This document shows, in pieces, positions 25,722-37,200 of a DNA stretch of 45,276 nucleotides. This stretch comes from Paraphysomonas bandaiensis (Eukaryota; Protista; Chrysophyceae): positions 1 through 45,276 of the forward strand of contig CBFFRP010000018.1 in assembly GCA_965644295.1 (NCBI GenBank), written 5' to 3'. The notes below the pieces were generated by a model. The model searched no databases and was not told the DNA's origin. It saw only the letters and a program-made list of their open reading frames with translations. Every line of letters begins with the position of its first letter. Within the stretch, counting starts at the first letter, position 1. Made by a program: the position numbers and the translations under genes.

Positions 25722-27907
25722 ATGTATAATTCAAGTCGTCGAGTTGCTACTGTAACCCGATGGGGAATGGTCCCATCTTACTTGGCGAATGTTTTGTTCT
25801 TAATTGGGCTCCAATTGCGTTTGCAAGGTACTTATAAGATGAGCTGGCTGCAGGTGTTTTCACCTTTATGGGCTGGAGGGACTGCGACATTTTCCATTAA
25901 ATTCTACCATGCCTACACGATGTATCAATCCTGCAATCATTACCCGAAGAGAATGAAGGCATACTGCTCGTTGATTGATTGGCTAGGCTACGTCGTAACT
26001 CAGGTGTGCTTGTATTTGTATCTTATCCAGTGGTCGGGAATGCAAAGTCTTGTGGTGGTTATGATCCCACTCTGGTTAACCTCCACAATAACTCTTCTCT
26101 TGAAGCTGATGCAAATACCACCTCTTCATTCAAGAAATGCGGGTACTTTTTGTTTCATGTTAAAGATTTTGTGATCAGTGTATGCTTTTACGCGTGAAAT
26201 TATCACTTATATGATATGCGTTTGTTAATCGTTATTTTTAACTCTTTTTTGTGTAGCACGAAGAATATTATCGGATCTGTTCGGTGTGTTAATCCACGTA
26301 ACAATCCGCATTATCTTGCCTATGCTTGTGGCCTTCCGTGTGGAGGGATTCATCTCCTGTCCCTGGGAGTATATAGCCATCCCATTATGGTGTATAGCAG
26401 CCACGGCATTAACATGCGCTTTTGTTCTCCTTCGGTGCTGTTCAGTTATCCACATTCACGCTGTTTCTGCTCTCCGTGTGATGGCCATTCGGCTTATGGT
26501 ATTGTGTGCTGTTCAGCTTATACTTGGAACAGCTTCGTGCATGCTTTCCAGCATATGGTGAGTTGTATGGTGGTGCTTTAAATTTGGTTTGATGAGGGTG
26601 TCGTATGTACCAGGCTTGTTAAGTTATTGAATCACTTATATGGCATGCCGGGTGGTGTTGAGGTGTCGCTTTTCCTAGTATTTCTACCTGTAGAAGCCAT
26701 GTTTCTACTTCTAGTCTTTTTGTACCCTCTGACGCTGTCATACTCGAGTCGGTATCATGTGAGGCTAATAAAACTGTATTTTTTCATTCGTGACCGATTT
26801 CTGGTTATGTTAATCTGTAGGCTCTCATATATTTGTCTCTTGAGCGAGCAAGAGAGAGTCACCTGGAGTCCCAGCGCAGCATTGGGATGGACTATGTGTA
26901 TACTCTCCACCCTTTACTGACGCACTCGTGGTTAGATAAGGTACCCAAGCAATATCAACTGAGGATGTTTTATATTGGGTTTATTATTCATGGATGAATT
27001 GCGTGTTGAGCCCACGTCGTGACTAATGCTATTTGCCATGCCTGACATATTTGCTTACTCTGCCTCACAGATATCGGACTCCCTGTTTCAGCGAACTTCA
27101 CCGGGGTGTCATGGAGTGGGGTCTGAAGAGGAACTACGCGCTTTACTTACGGTTTCAGTGAACAGGAAATGGAGTCATTACACGTGTCATGACTCCGACG
27201 GACTGTCTGTAGGGGATGTGGGGGTGTCCATCGCGGACACCCTTTGTGAGGATATGGATACCAAGCAGTGTGACCGGCCAGACCGTACGTGTGCTTGGAA
27301 GTTACCTGTGTCCCAGAACGACGTTGCCGATAGCAGGCTGCGGGCTCACTCTGGGGCCAAGAGACTTCAGGTCGCCTCTTCTGCCTCCCCTCGTACTGTG
27401 GGGCGTGATAATGATATATCAAATTTATACTCGACCATGGCCCAATTGAATGCATTGCGGCAGGATGTGGGTACCCTCATTGGTGGGGATATGGAAGACG
27501 GCAATGACATCGTTTCTTTTGCCAGCGAACTAGAGCCGTGTTATATCTGCTGTGTAGAGCCGTCAGATACCTGTTTTATGGAATGTGGACACGGTGGTTT
27601 GTGCTTCGATTGCGCAGCAGTAATCGCCAAGCACCCGAGTAGACAGTGTCCAATTTGTCGTGAAGAGGTTTCCCAGATATTGCGCATCACTACCCTGTCC
27701 GCGCCCATGCCTAATGGACGCCATCTGGCACTCAGCGAGGAGGGATATGATATCGTCAAACAACCTATGTTTTTACGATCTGCTAGTGAGTCAAGACCTA
27801 GTACTGGTGTACCATCGTCAGAGGGTCGTGAGGGGAGCCATCAACCTCTCCATTCAGATATAGAGATGCAAGTTCCTAGTAGTCGCGACAGAGAAGAGAT
27901 CCTGTAG
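25722..27907 (+). CDS. TMEM185 (Fragile-X-F-associated)-like membrane protein with C-terminal RING-HC finger, putative E3 ligase; multi-exon, start uncertain
   Basis: Repeated helical hairpins with WLQVFSPLW, VVVMIPLW, WEYIAIPLW, FLVFLPV; RING CYICCVEPSDTCFMECGHGGLCFDCA...CPICR. Confidence 0.75.
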
Positions 27908-28231
27908 CTACATCTTGCTGGAATTTGCCGTTGCACGTAGAATTTTATGTTTACTATAATTTTGTATATCATTTCTACAGTCAAAAAGGTGGTAGAAGGC
28001 AATTGTTTGCTGCATCTTTTTCATGGTGTCGTCGTATTTGTCTTTTTATGGACAGGTGCTAGTATCTTATTATCTGAAAATTGTGTTTCATGTACAAATG
28101 ATGTGCACTTTAATAATATAGATATGGTCGCTAAATACATACGACGTACGAATACTACATACATTATACATTGATGCTACGTGATAGAACTCTGTCATGC
28201 TTGCCTTAAATGTGTTAAACACAACTCTAGA

Positions 28232-28356
28232 AGAAATACAATTGTGAAACTGTATTTAGTACATAAATATGTATGGATTATAGATAGCTAGATAGACAGT
28301 GAATATGCGAGAAACACAATTGCGAAACAGTATTTAGTACACAAATATGTATGGAT
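28232..28356. repeat. 47-bp imperfect direct repeat (28232-28278 and 28310-28356)
   Basis: AGAAAtACAATTGtGAAACtGTATTTAGTACAtAAATATGTATGGAT occurs twice with 4 mismatches. Confidence 0.85.
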
Positions 28357-28816
28357 AGCAGGGCTGCGTAACAGTTAATGGAGTTACAATATTACTTTTC
28401 CCTCCACCCTTGCGTGTAACCATAACAATTTCATTCACTGGTCACGAATACGTAGAAACTGTATCCAGTATCCATAGATTAGAACTTTGTGTCCTACCTT
28501 GAAACGAAAAAAGTACACTGGCCATGAGGGAATAAATTTCATTTATTTGTATTTCACATCTAGCTAGTGTTGTTTGAGCATTATATATAAAAAGTTCACG
28601 AGCGCTTCAAAAACGAAATCTTGCTTGGAAGCTGCGAGCGGGAATCGGCGCCTATTTATTAGATACCTGGCTACAATACGAAACATATAATACAGCTTCT
28701 AATTCATCAATTATTATTATTGAAATGTCATTCTGAATAACCTAGTGTTTCACCTAATGCCGATATATGATAATACCCGAAGACAATTTCTCAATTTCCA
28801 ATTTAGTCGGGGCTGC

Positions 28817-29725
28817 TTAGTCATCCTCACACACTCCACAGCGCATATTGGCTGGCACAGCCTTGTCAATTTGTGCAGGCCTTGATAAATTTAGATTTGC
28901 CATAATATCAATGAACTCCTCTTTAGATTTAGAAAGTCGGGGATTTAAATTCTTTTCTTCGTCGATAGTGGAGCTCATGCGTCCCTTGTAATCATGTGCC
29001 GGATACACACGGCAAGTACCGGGGAGAGTGAACAGCTTTGAGTGGACCGAGTCGTACAGACGTGCGGCATCACCGGCCTATGAAATCATGGTCAAATTAA
29101 AATGAAGGGCTCTAGTTCAAAGTAAATACATAGATAAGACATGTACATGTAACAATGGAGATTCAAATTAAGACAATCATAAGGATTAACCTGAAAATCA
29201 GTTCTTCCGCATCCTCTGATTAATAGGGCATCACCAGTGAACACCATAGACTGATCGTCCAGTAAATACGAAAAGCATCCCTAACGCAGTTGTAAACGGA
29301 GTATAAAATAGGAAAATACACGTACATCAGTATGTCCAGGTGTAAATAAACAAGACAGATATCTGGACCCGAACTCAATGCGGTCAGTTTCATTGAGCTT
29401 AATATCAGCTTCAGCTCCAGATGCCGCAGATATAACAGACTTGCATCCGGGAATAAGAGACTTTAGCTTTCCGGTTCCTGTGATACATATCAGTAAGTAA
29501 TGACAGAGTGTGCCCTCACTCACCTGTGACGTGATCTGCATGACAGTGTGTATTGATAGCATACTTTAACTCAAGACCGAGCTCTTTAACGATACTTGCG
29601 TCCCTCTCTGCTGTTTCGACCACTGGATCGATAAGCACACAGAGTTTTGAGGTGGGACATGCAAGTAGATATGTGTATGTCGAAGAAGTCTTCTCGAACA
29701 ACTGACGTAAAATTAGATTCGACAT
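28817..29725 (-). CDS. ETHE1: Persulfide dioxygenase ETHE1 (metallo-beta-lactamase fold), 4 exons
   Basis: [76 protein letters not shown]; three GT-AG introns. Confidence 0.96.
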
Positions 29726-29910
29726 ATTGAGAGGTATGTTTGTATGCAATTATGTTGTAATGCTATGTGTTGTGAGTATAGGCATATGATGATGATGCGG
29801 CAACTGCAACTACACTTCGGTTGTGTGTTCGAATCATGTTCGTCTACTGTACACTACTGCACTACATATTTCCCACTTCTGATCTATTTTCCCCTTTGTA
29901 TGTATGTACA

Positions 29911-30066
29911 GTATGTATGTATGTATGTATGTATGTATGTATGTATGTATGTATGTATGTATGTATGTATGTATGTATGTATGTATGTATGTATGTATGT
30001 ATGTATGTATGTATGTATGTATGTATGTATGTATGTATGTATGTATGTATGTATGTATGTATGTAT
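29911..30066. repeat. (GTAT)39 microsatellite in the ETHE1-SUOX divergent spacer
   Basis: 156-bp perfect tetranucleotide run. Confidence 0.98.
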
Positions 30067-30234
30067 CTTATTTCTTGCAGAACACCTTCCTTCCCTTCCA
30101 CAACATGCATACAACACTCTCGGAGGACAGGCGGAACTTCATGGGTAACACATAGGCACAGGGCCGTATCGATCACATCATAATTGTACAGATTATATAC
30201 TCATATTATCTCTCCTGAACCGCCTATAGGGGTC

Positions 30235-32483
30235 ATGGAAAGGTTCCTTCTTCTCACTAGGAGGGCTTCAATCTCACATCTCTCTATATCATCAATCCGT
30301 CCACTCAGTAACCTCCAATGGATGGGTTCAGATACCTCCTATACTCATAATAGCTCATGGTTATCTTCTTTATGTATTGCCGGGTTAACAATAGGGGTGA
30401 TGACAGGTGCTGGAGCATACGCTGATAGTGATACACACACCAATGCGTCTGCACCGGGATGCTCTTCTGATATGCGGATTATTTCTCGTGCAGAGGTAAC
30501 GAAACATAAAACTTTAGAGACTGGTATTTGGACGACTTTTAAAGATGGTAGTGCATATATTGATGATACATGTGTTACTGATATATGCATTAGGTGTATA
30601 CGATATTACTGACTTCGTTGCCAATCATCCCGGAGGGTCAGGTTGTATCGTATGACATTGTATTCAATGCCCTCATCAAGCGGTTGAGCAGAAAAAGTTC
30701 AGTTAGCTGCCGGTGGTAGATTAGAGCCGTACTGGAATTTGTACAGGTATTTTCTCGACGGTAATTACACGGGCCTACTCATATCAGTGGATAGGCAGCA
30801 CTACAATTCTCCTGTTCCTCAGCAGCTACTCTCGGAAATGTGTATCGGCAGACTAGATCCGAATGATGTGAAAGAGGACATGAAAACAATGTACGACCAT
30901 ACAGCCGAATGCAATGTTGCGTACATACCTCCCTAATCATTGTCACAGTGACTCAAGTGACCCCTACTCCACTGACCCTGACATATCTCCCGTTTTGCAA
31001 TCTTTGCAACGACGCCCTATTAACGCCGAGCCTCCCGGTCCCCTACTCACTCATTCTTGGCTAACCCCCAACTCTATATGGTTCGTAAGGAATCACCACC
31101 CTGTACCTCAGGTAAGCATTGTTGCGTGGACGACGTCATATAACTTTACGTCGATGGTTCCATCACAGGTCGATGAGAAAGACTACAAAATGGAGGTAGT
31201 GATTCCTGGCCTGGGAACCAGAATATTTTCTTTAGAGGATTTAAAAACTAAGTTCAGAAAGACAGAGGTGCCAGGATCTTGTCGTTTTTGTCTCTTTAGT
31301 TTGCTCCCTTATTATGGTGTTCGTTCATAGGTGGTCGCCACTCTGCAGTGTGGAGGAAACCGTCGTGGTGAAATGAGTGCGCTAGAGAGTACAGCAGGTA
31401 CTCCATGGGCGACAGGTGCTATGGGAAATGCACGATGGGAGGGAGTTCTCTTATCGGATTTGTTGCGATATTGTGGGCTTAGAAACGAGCGTGTACGTAA
31501 TCGAGAGACTCTCTTTGATGACTTGGAGTGCAGTCAGACTGACTACGACAAGGCCGGTTTTGGACATGTGCAATTTACAGGTCTGGATGACATGAACGCT
31601 TCAATTCCCACGTCGAAAGCCCTCTCCAGGGCGGGGGACGTGCTCTTAGCATATCGTATGAATGGCGATCCCATTCCTCCGGAGCATGGATATCCTGTTC
31701 GTGTCGTCGTTCCGGGGCACGTGGGTGTGCGGTCAGTAAAGCATGTGAAGCATATTGAGGTGAGGGACTCTGAAGCTGAAGGGACATGGCAGCGGGGCAT
31801 GGCGTATAAGGGGTTTGGTCCATCGAAAAAGTCAACCTCAGGTATAGAAGTCTCAAAGATACCTAGCCTTCAGGAGCAGCCCGTCCAATCCACAGTAACC
31901 GTACCCCCAGCACTTACTGCTGTACACGCTGGCGACGTGGTGACGGCTATGGGATATGCCTACAGTGGAGGCGGCCGAGGTACACTTTAACTGTTGCAAT
32001 AACTTTGTTTTACGTGTATCCTTATATTTTTGAATTTCTTCGAGTGCTATCCAAGTCGCTAGTTCCAAGGCTGCAATTTCCTTGCGCATTTTGTAGTCTA
32101 ATTTACTCTCCTCAATGTGATGGAACTCATGGTTGCGATGTAGGTATCGTTCGGGTGGATGTCAGTATTGACGGTGGCAAAACTTGGACGGATGCAACAC
32201 TGACTGAGGGGTCCGAACAGCCGAAGGATCGGGCATGGGCGTGGACATTTTGGGAATGTGATATCGAAATCCCGAAGGATGCTTCCACGGATACGATTTC
32301 TATTATTTCTAAAGCCACAGATGTTTCATACAATGTCCAACCAGACACTGTCGAGGTAGTATTCATTGTATTCGTGCAGATTTGAAATGACTTTGTCGAT
32401 AGGGCATATGGAATCTGCGGGGAATAAATAATAACGCTTGGCACCGTGTTCCTCTTAAAGTGTTGAAAGAGGATGATGTATAG
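30235..32483 (+). CDS. SUOX: Sulfite oxidase, animal-type (presequence, cytochrome b5 domain, Moco domain, dimerisation domain), multi-exon
   Basis: Arg/Ser-rich N-terminus plus hydrophobic segment; b5 GVYDITDFVANHPGG...LAAGGRLEPYW..YRQH; Moco domain NAEPP, FVRNHHPVP, TLQCGGNRR, LAYRMNG..IPPEHGYPVRVVVPGHVGVRSVK; GYAYSGGGRGIVRVDVS, RAWAW, WNLRGINNNAWHRV. Confidence 0.96.
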
Positions 32484-32853
32484 ACGTGAGAACAAATCTA
32501 CTGGGATTCATTAGAACATGATTAGCAGAATGAAAGATGATTTGTTTCATTGACGAGTGTAAGATGTGATGCTGATTGCTCGGCAGCACCGGAGTTATCA
32601 TTTAATATATATGATGTATCTCTCGCTTTCATTTTGTTGCTATAACAACGTAACAATAAGAATCTTGACGACTTTCAATACAACTATATATATCCAGTTA
32701 ATCTTTTTTTAATAAGTAATGTTAAGTAGAGTCTAACTAAGTAGCGAATGTCTGATTATTAGCAATAGGCGTGTAAGACTCAGAACTAATATAGCAAAAC
32801 AATTTAACTAACTAGTGCTTTACTCTGATATCCTACGAATGGTGCTTTTGCGT

Positions 32854-33255
32854 CACCGCAATCACCAAAGTGCAACCACTTTTGCTCTATCACTCAAAGA
32901 AAGCGCAGTGAGAAAGCAGAATGTTGATATATCTGACATCTGCTGATTTCAGAATTTTTGACTCTTTAAGAGGTGAACTAGCCCGGATGCTTGACTTCAG
33001 CAGAAGGCCGAATCCCCCGGACGCCCTTGAGGTGGGCAAAGTTCTGGATGCCTGCTTATTCGTCAGGGCCCAAAGACGTCTACACAAGTGTCACTTATTA
33101 ATGTCCCGTGTACCACACAAGCATTTGGCACTATGAGAGGGCAGAACAATATCTGCTGACTATATATGCGGCTCACGTTAGTTTCATGAATAAATATCTC
33201 TGGTACTTATCTCCCAGAACACAACGAGAAGTTGCGAGTTCGACTATGTTGAGGG
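32854..33255. repeat. Dispersed repeat, copy 1 (probable TE relic)
   Basis: Colinear similarity to 44697-45052, including exact blocks CCCGGATGCTTGACTTCAGCAG, TTATTCGTCAGGGCCCAAAGACGTCTACA, TGTACCACACAAGCATTT, TGCGGCTCACGTTAGTTTC. Confidence 0.9.
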
Positions 33256-34251
33256 AGTCTAAGTACTTGTATACAATAAACCATCACAATCATGATTTCA
33301 GCACCAGTGTTTCAATTTAACCATCATATGTTAATCTTCTTTCTTCGGAGAATTGCTATTCATTCGGAGCAGTGATGGCAAGAATCGTCAATGAGAACTA
33401 TAAGTCAAGCAACTGCGAGTGGAAAACACCAATATTCAGAAACAAAACAATGAGCCAGACAGGATCGGGGTACGAACATCCCTATATTCTGCACATGGAG
33501 GGCTTACCCGTCAGACTAAAATATCCCTCGTATCCATTTAAACTTTATACGGAATATAGTGACGATGCAAGTTGTAGTGACGATGTAAGATCATAAGAAA
33601 AATGTGTGGTAGTAGAGACAACATTGATGAATGACAAGAGACATTGATTATAATTTATTATTTTCAGCATAGAGTATAAGTTTACCTCCTGTTGTTAAGT
33701 TAATACTTCTCATATACTGTCAAATTTTAACACTTTGGTCTCAACTACTCATTTAGAAGACTTATCAATCAGATGGAGAAGAACAGTTTGATCTGAATGA
33801 TGGCCTGGCACAATTACAACTGGCAAAAGTGCTAGAAGTAGCGTAACTTGTACTACTGTAAGAAAGAGTAATACTATGCATATAAATAGTTCTATATTTA
33901 TATGTTTAGTAATAATATTACCGTTACTATATATATATGTTTAATGATGTAACCATTATATTCTAACCTTATAGATCTGTAACTAATATAGAATTTATTA
34001 AATGTCTTCATAAACATATTCTCTCAGCACCTACAACATTAGTTCTTGCAAACGAAAACTGAACTTAAATCAATTTCACCAAGTTTCAGAAAGCTATTCA
34101 ACGAAGTTTCTGTAATATGATTGAGGCTAGTACGCTAACACCAGATAGAAGTAATTATTCCAAAATAAAATACACCTACCATGACATACTTCAATTTTAA
34201 TTGACAAAAAATAGTCGTAATTAACCACATAACATATTTGAAACTTTTATG

Positions 34252-37200
34252 TTAAGCACCCACAAGTACAGTTTGATAAAAGTAAACTAATATCCCAATA
34301 AAGCAAAAAATGTTAATGACAGGCACCAGTGGGCCAAGTGCAATAACTCTAATGAAGTGCTGATACAACAACGCAGCCGCTAGACCCAATGCAATGGCCC
34401 ACCACGGCATGTGGAACTTGTCACTTTTCTCTGTCGCTCTCTTGGTCATGTTTTGGGAGTGTTCGATCAAGGACTGAGAAGGTGGAAGTGGATACGACAC
34501 TCGTCTGAGTTCCATTACATCTGATTTACAAAAAGTTACTACGAGTTATACGAACAGTCAAGTTTCTTACCTGATATCAAAGTAGGAAATTCTTCAGAAA
34601 GGCCAGATAAATCACTTATCTATGAATTCTATCAGCAGTGACAAAAACAAGAGTTGTATAAAACCTGTATAATGTCTCCAACATTGTCCCTTAAATATCC
34701 AAGGACAGATACTTCCAATTGTGGTGAGTTGAAGAGATAGGCAGCCCTCAAAAGATCTAACCAATTGGAGTGTGACGGCACAAGCATGCTCTCGCAAAGC
34801 CGCTTGAGACCATTTACCTAAGAGAAAGTAAGCTTATCCAGTATGCAACAAAAAGTTCACTTACGTACCTGATATCTGTCTGCAGACATTAAGTCTTCCA
34901 AGAGAGCCCCGTCTGATCCATCAGGCAGAATGTCTGTGTAAAGGTATATCAGCAAGCGCAGCAATCCCACAAAAGAGTCCGGAACAACGATATCAACCAC
35001 TGCTGGAGGACCATCCTCCACGTCGTCGGTACCGGCAACTGCAATAGACTCCGACATGCCACTGTTGAACATCATGCGGAAGTACTCACATCTTGCTTCC
35101 AATATAAATCTAGCAGCGAAATGTTAATATTGATCTACGGTTGAAGATGCATACCTGTGGGCCGAGATAGAGCGACCCTCGGCAATAAACCGAACATCAG
35201 CATACTGGGAATCTCCGACAAGTGTTCCCAAATCACGTGCTAGTGTGGACGGAGGAAGCTCCATATTAAGTCCGGAATTCGTCGAATGGATGAATTTTTT
35301 CAAAGGGGTTTCAAACACATCGTCCTGGTACTCATCACCGTCAATAGACTGCGCAATCGCGCTGTGTATTTGTACTAAGCGATCGCATGCGGCAATTAAT
35401 CGCGGTAAACGTAGTCGCTTGGCAGCTCGCTGTAAACTCTGTGTACAAAACCCTAATCAGTACATATCACTTTTCATGTACAGTACTTTATTTACCTGCA
35501 CTATGGATAAATTTTTCACACATTTCGGGGGCAGAGATCCTGTATATAGAAATACATGCAACGCGCGGGCAGTGTCATTTACAAGGTCAGGAAGTAGCAC
35601 TTGCGTAGGCGTGAAGGTACTTCCAGCAATGCCATCATCCATTGGAGCTTCTTCAATAAGTTTCTCACGGAGGACAGCACACCTGCTTGCCACCATCCCT
35701 CTACAAAAGTCTGTTAATTACGCAGAATATTGTCATGCGAATTTACAACCTGTGTGCCAATAAAATTTTCCCCGCGGCTATGAGCATACAGTCTGCTTTG
35801 CCCCTACCCACAGGTGGTAGAGACTGACGAGCGACAGCAGTGGACGACGTTGATACGCTTCCCGTATCTGACACAGTGTCCGTCGTAATAGTCATGTGAT
35901 TGTTATTAGTTGCCTGAACGAGTAAAGGCTCCGTTAGCGACGAACCAATTAGGTCTTCATCCTGAATGACAACCATGTAAGTGCCCGCGCTGCATATGTA
36001 TTTCGTGATACGGACTGCAAGCCGATCCAACCACATTGATGAAGGACAACGCGGAGTGGTCACAGGAGTCAGTCGACTTTGCATAGTCTGAATAGCATCT
36101 TCTAAAGCTTCCTCTGTGTCTTTGGTTTGTGCCGTACTGTCATCCGCTGCATCCTCCTCTCCATCATCAGATTCATCTTTAGATGATATGGGGGGGACAA
36201 CAGGTCCACTGCCACAAATATAAAACCTTCCCGAATCAAATAGAAAAGCGGAGTGCATGTCTCCAGCAGACATTTGTAGCACTACATCTCCGGTGTTTTC
36301 AGCGTCGTTGTCAGACACATCCACGCTGCCGCCAAGTGCTTTTACATGACGTGGAAGAGACCACCTCTTGCACCACTCCAATAACTCGAACGGAACCATT
36401 AGCTTCGTGGAATTAGTGGCAGTGGCGAATACATTGAGCGCCCTGTTCGCCCAGGTTCCAGACAACGGCGCGTCATTGTGACCCAAACACGAATCCCCCC
36501 TTCCCCCCCAAGACCAAACCCGTCCCCCAACATCGTAAGCCAGTGAATGAAATGTACCACAACAGATGTCAACAATCGGGTTGTAACTCTGAGGCTCCTT
36601 TGTCAGGGTTGTTTTTTTGATAGTGTATGTGGACGCAAAGTGAACTCGAACAGGGCTGTAGGCATCACGAAGAAAACCAGAAGGTGTTGGACCAATCCCA
36701 AGCTACACACCCACATCGCCCTATTAGACAAAATCGAAACACAGACGGCAACACACCTGGCCACAAGAATTTTGCCCCCATGCATAAACCTTACCATCCG
36801 TACACAAGCAGAGAGCGTGTGACTCGCCGCAAGATATCTATTCACGATCTAGACTTAAAGCAGCACTAATATATGACAGTACATGTCACCTTACCTTCAC
36901 GGCATTTGTTATTCCATTTACAATTCGGGGGCGAAGTTGGTATCTCATTATCTTTCGTTTGTTTCTCCCAGCTCTACTGCGAATTGCTCCTCTTCCTCTA
37001 TTCTGAGTGGATAGCGGAGGGGGTCCAAGACCCAGTCTACCGTGGGACCACATGCCCCATGATGCGACATGACCTGAGGCCAGAAGCGCAACAGTAAATC
37101 CACCTCCACAAGATACTGATTTAACTCGGACATCGTGTAACGCATTCCTAGTCTCTTCTGTGGTCTCAGCAGTGTCACCTTGTTCTGTTCCTGGTTCATT

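Noticed and set aside
28232-28356. Repeat-spacer-repeat resembling a CRISPR array
   Set aside because: Only two imperfect copies, eukaryotic context and no cas genes; a simple local duplication.
29744-30183. ORFs with MYVC/HTYI repeats (also 39384-39569)
   Set aside because: Translations of the stop-free (TATG)n microsatellite, not genes.
28817-32483. Recent bacterial operon transfer or contamination as the origin of ETHE1-SUOX
   Set aside because: Both genes have host-style short GT-AG introns, are on opposite strands, and SUOX has the eukaryotic presequence plus b5 architecture.
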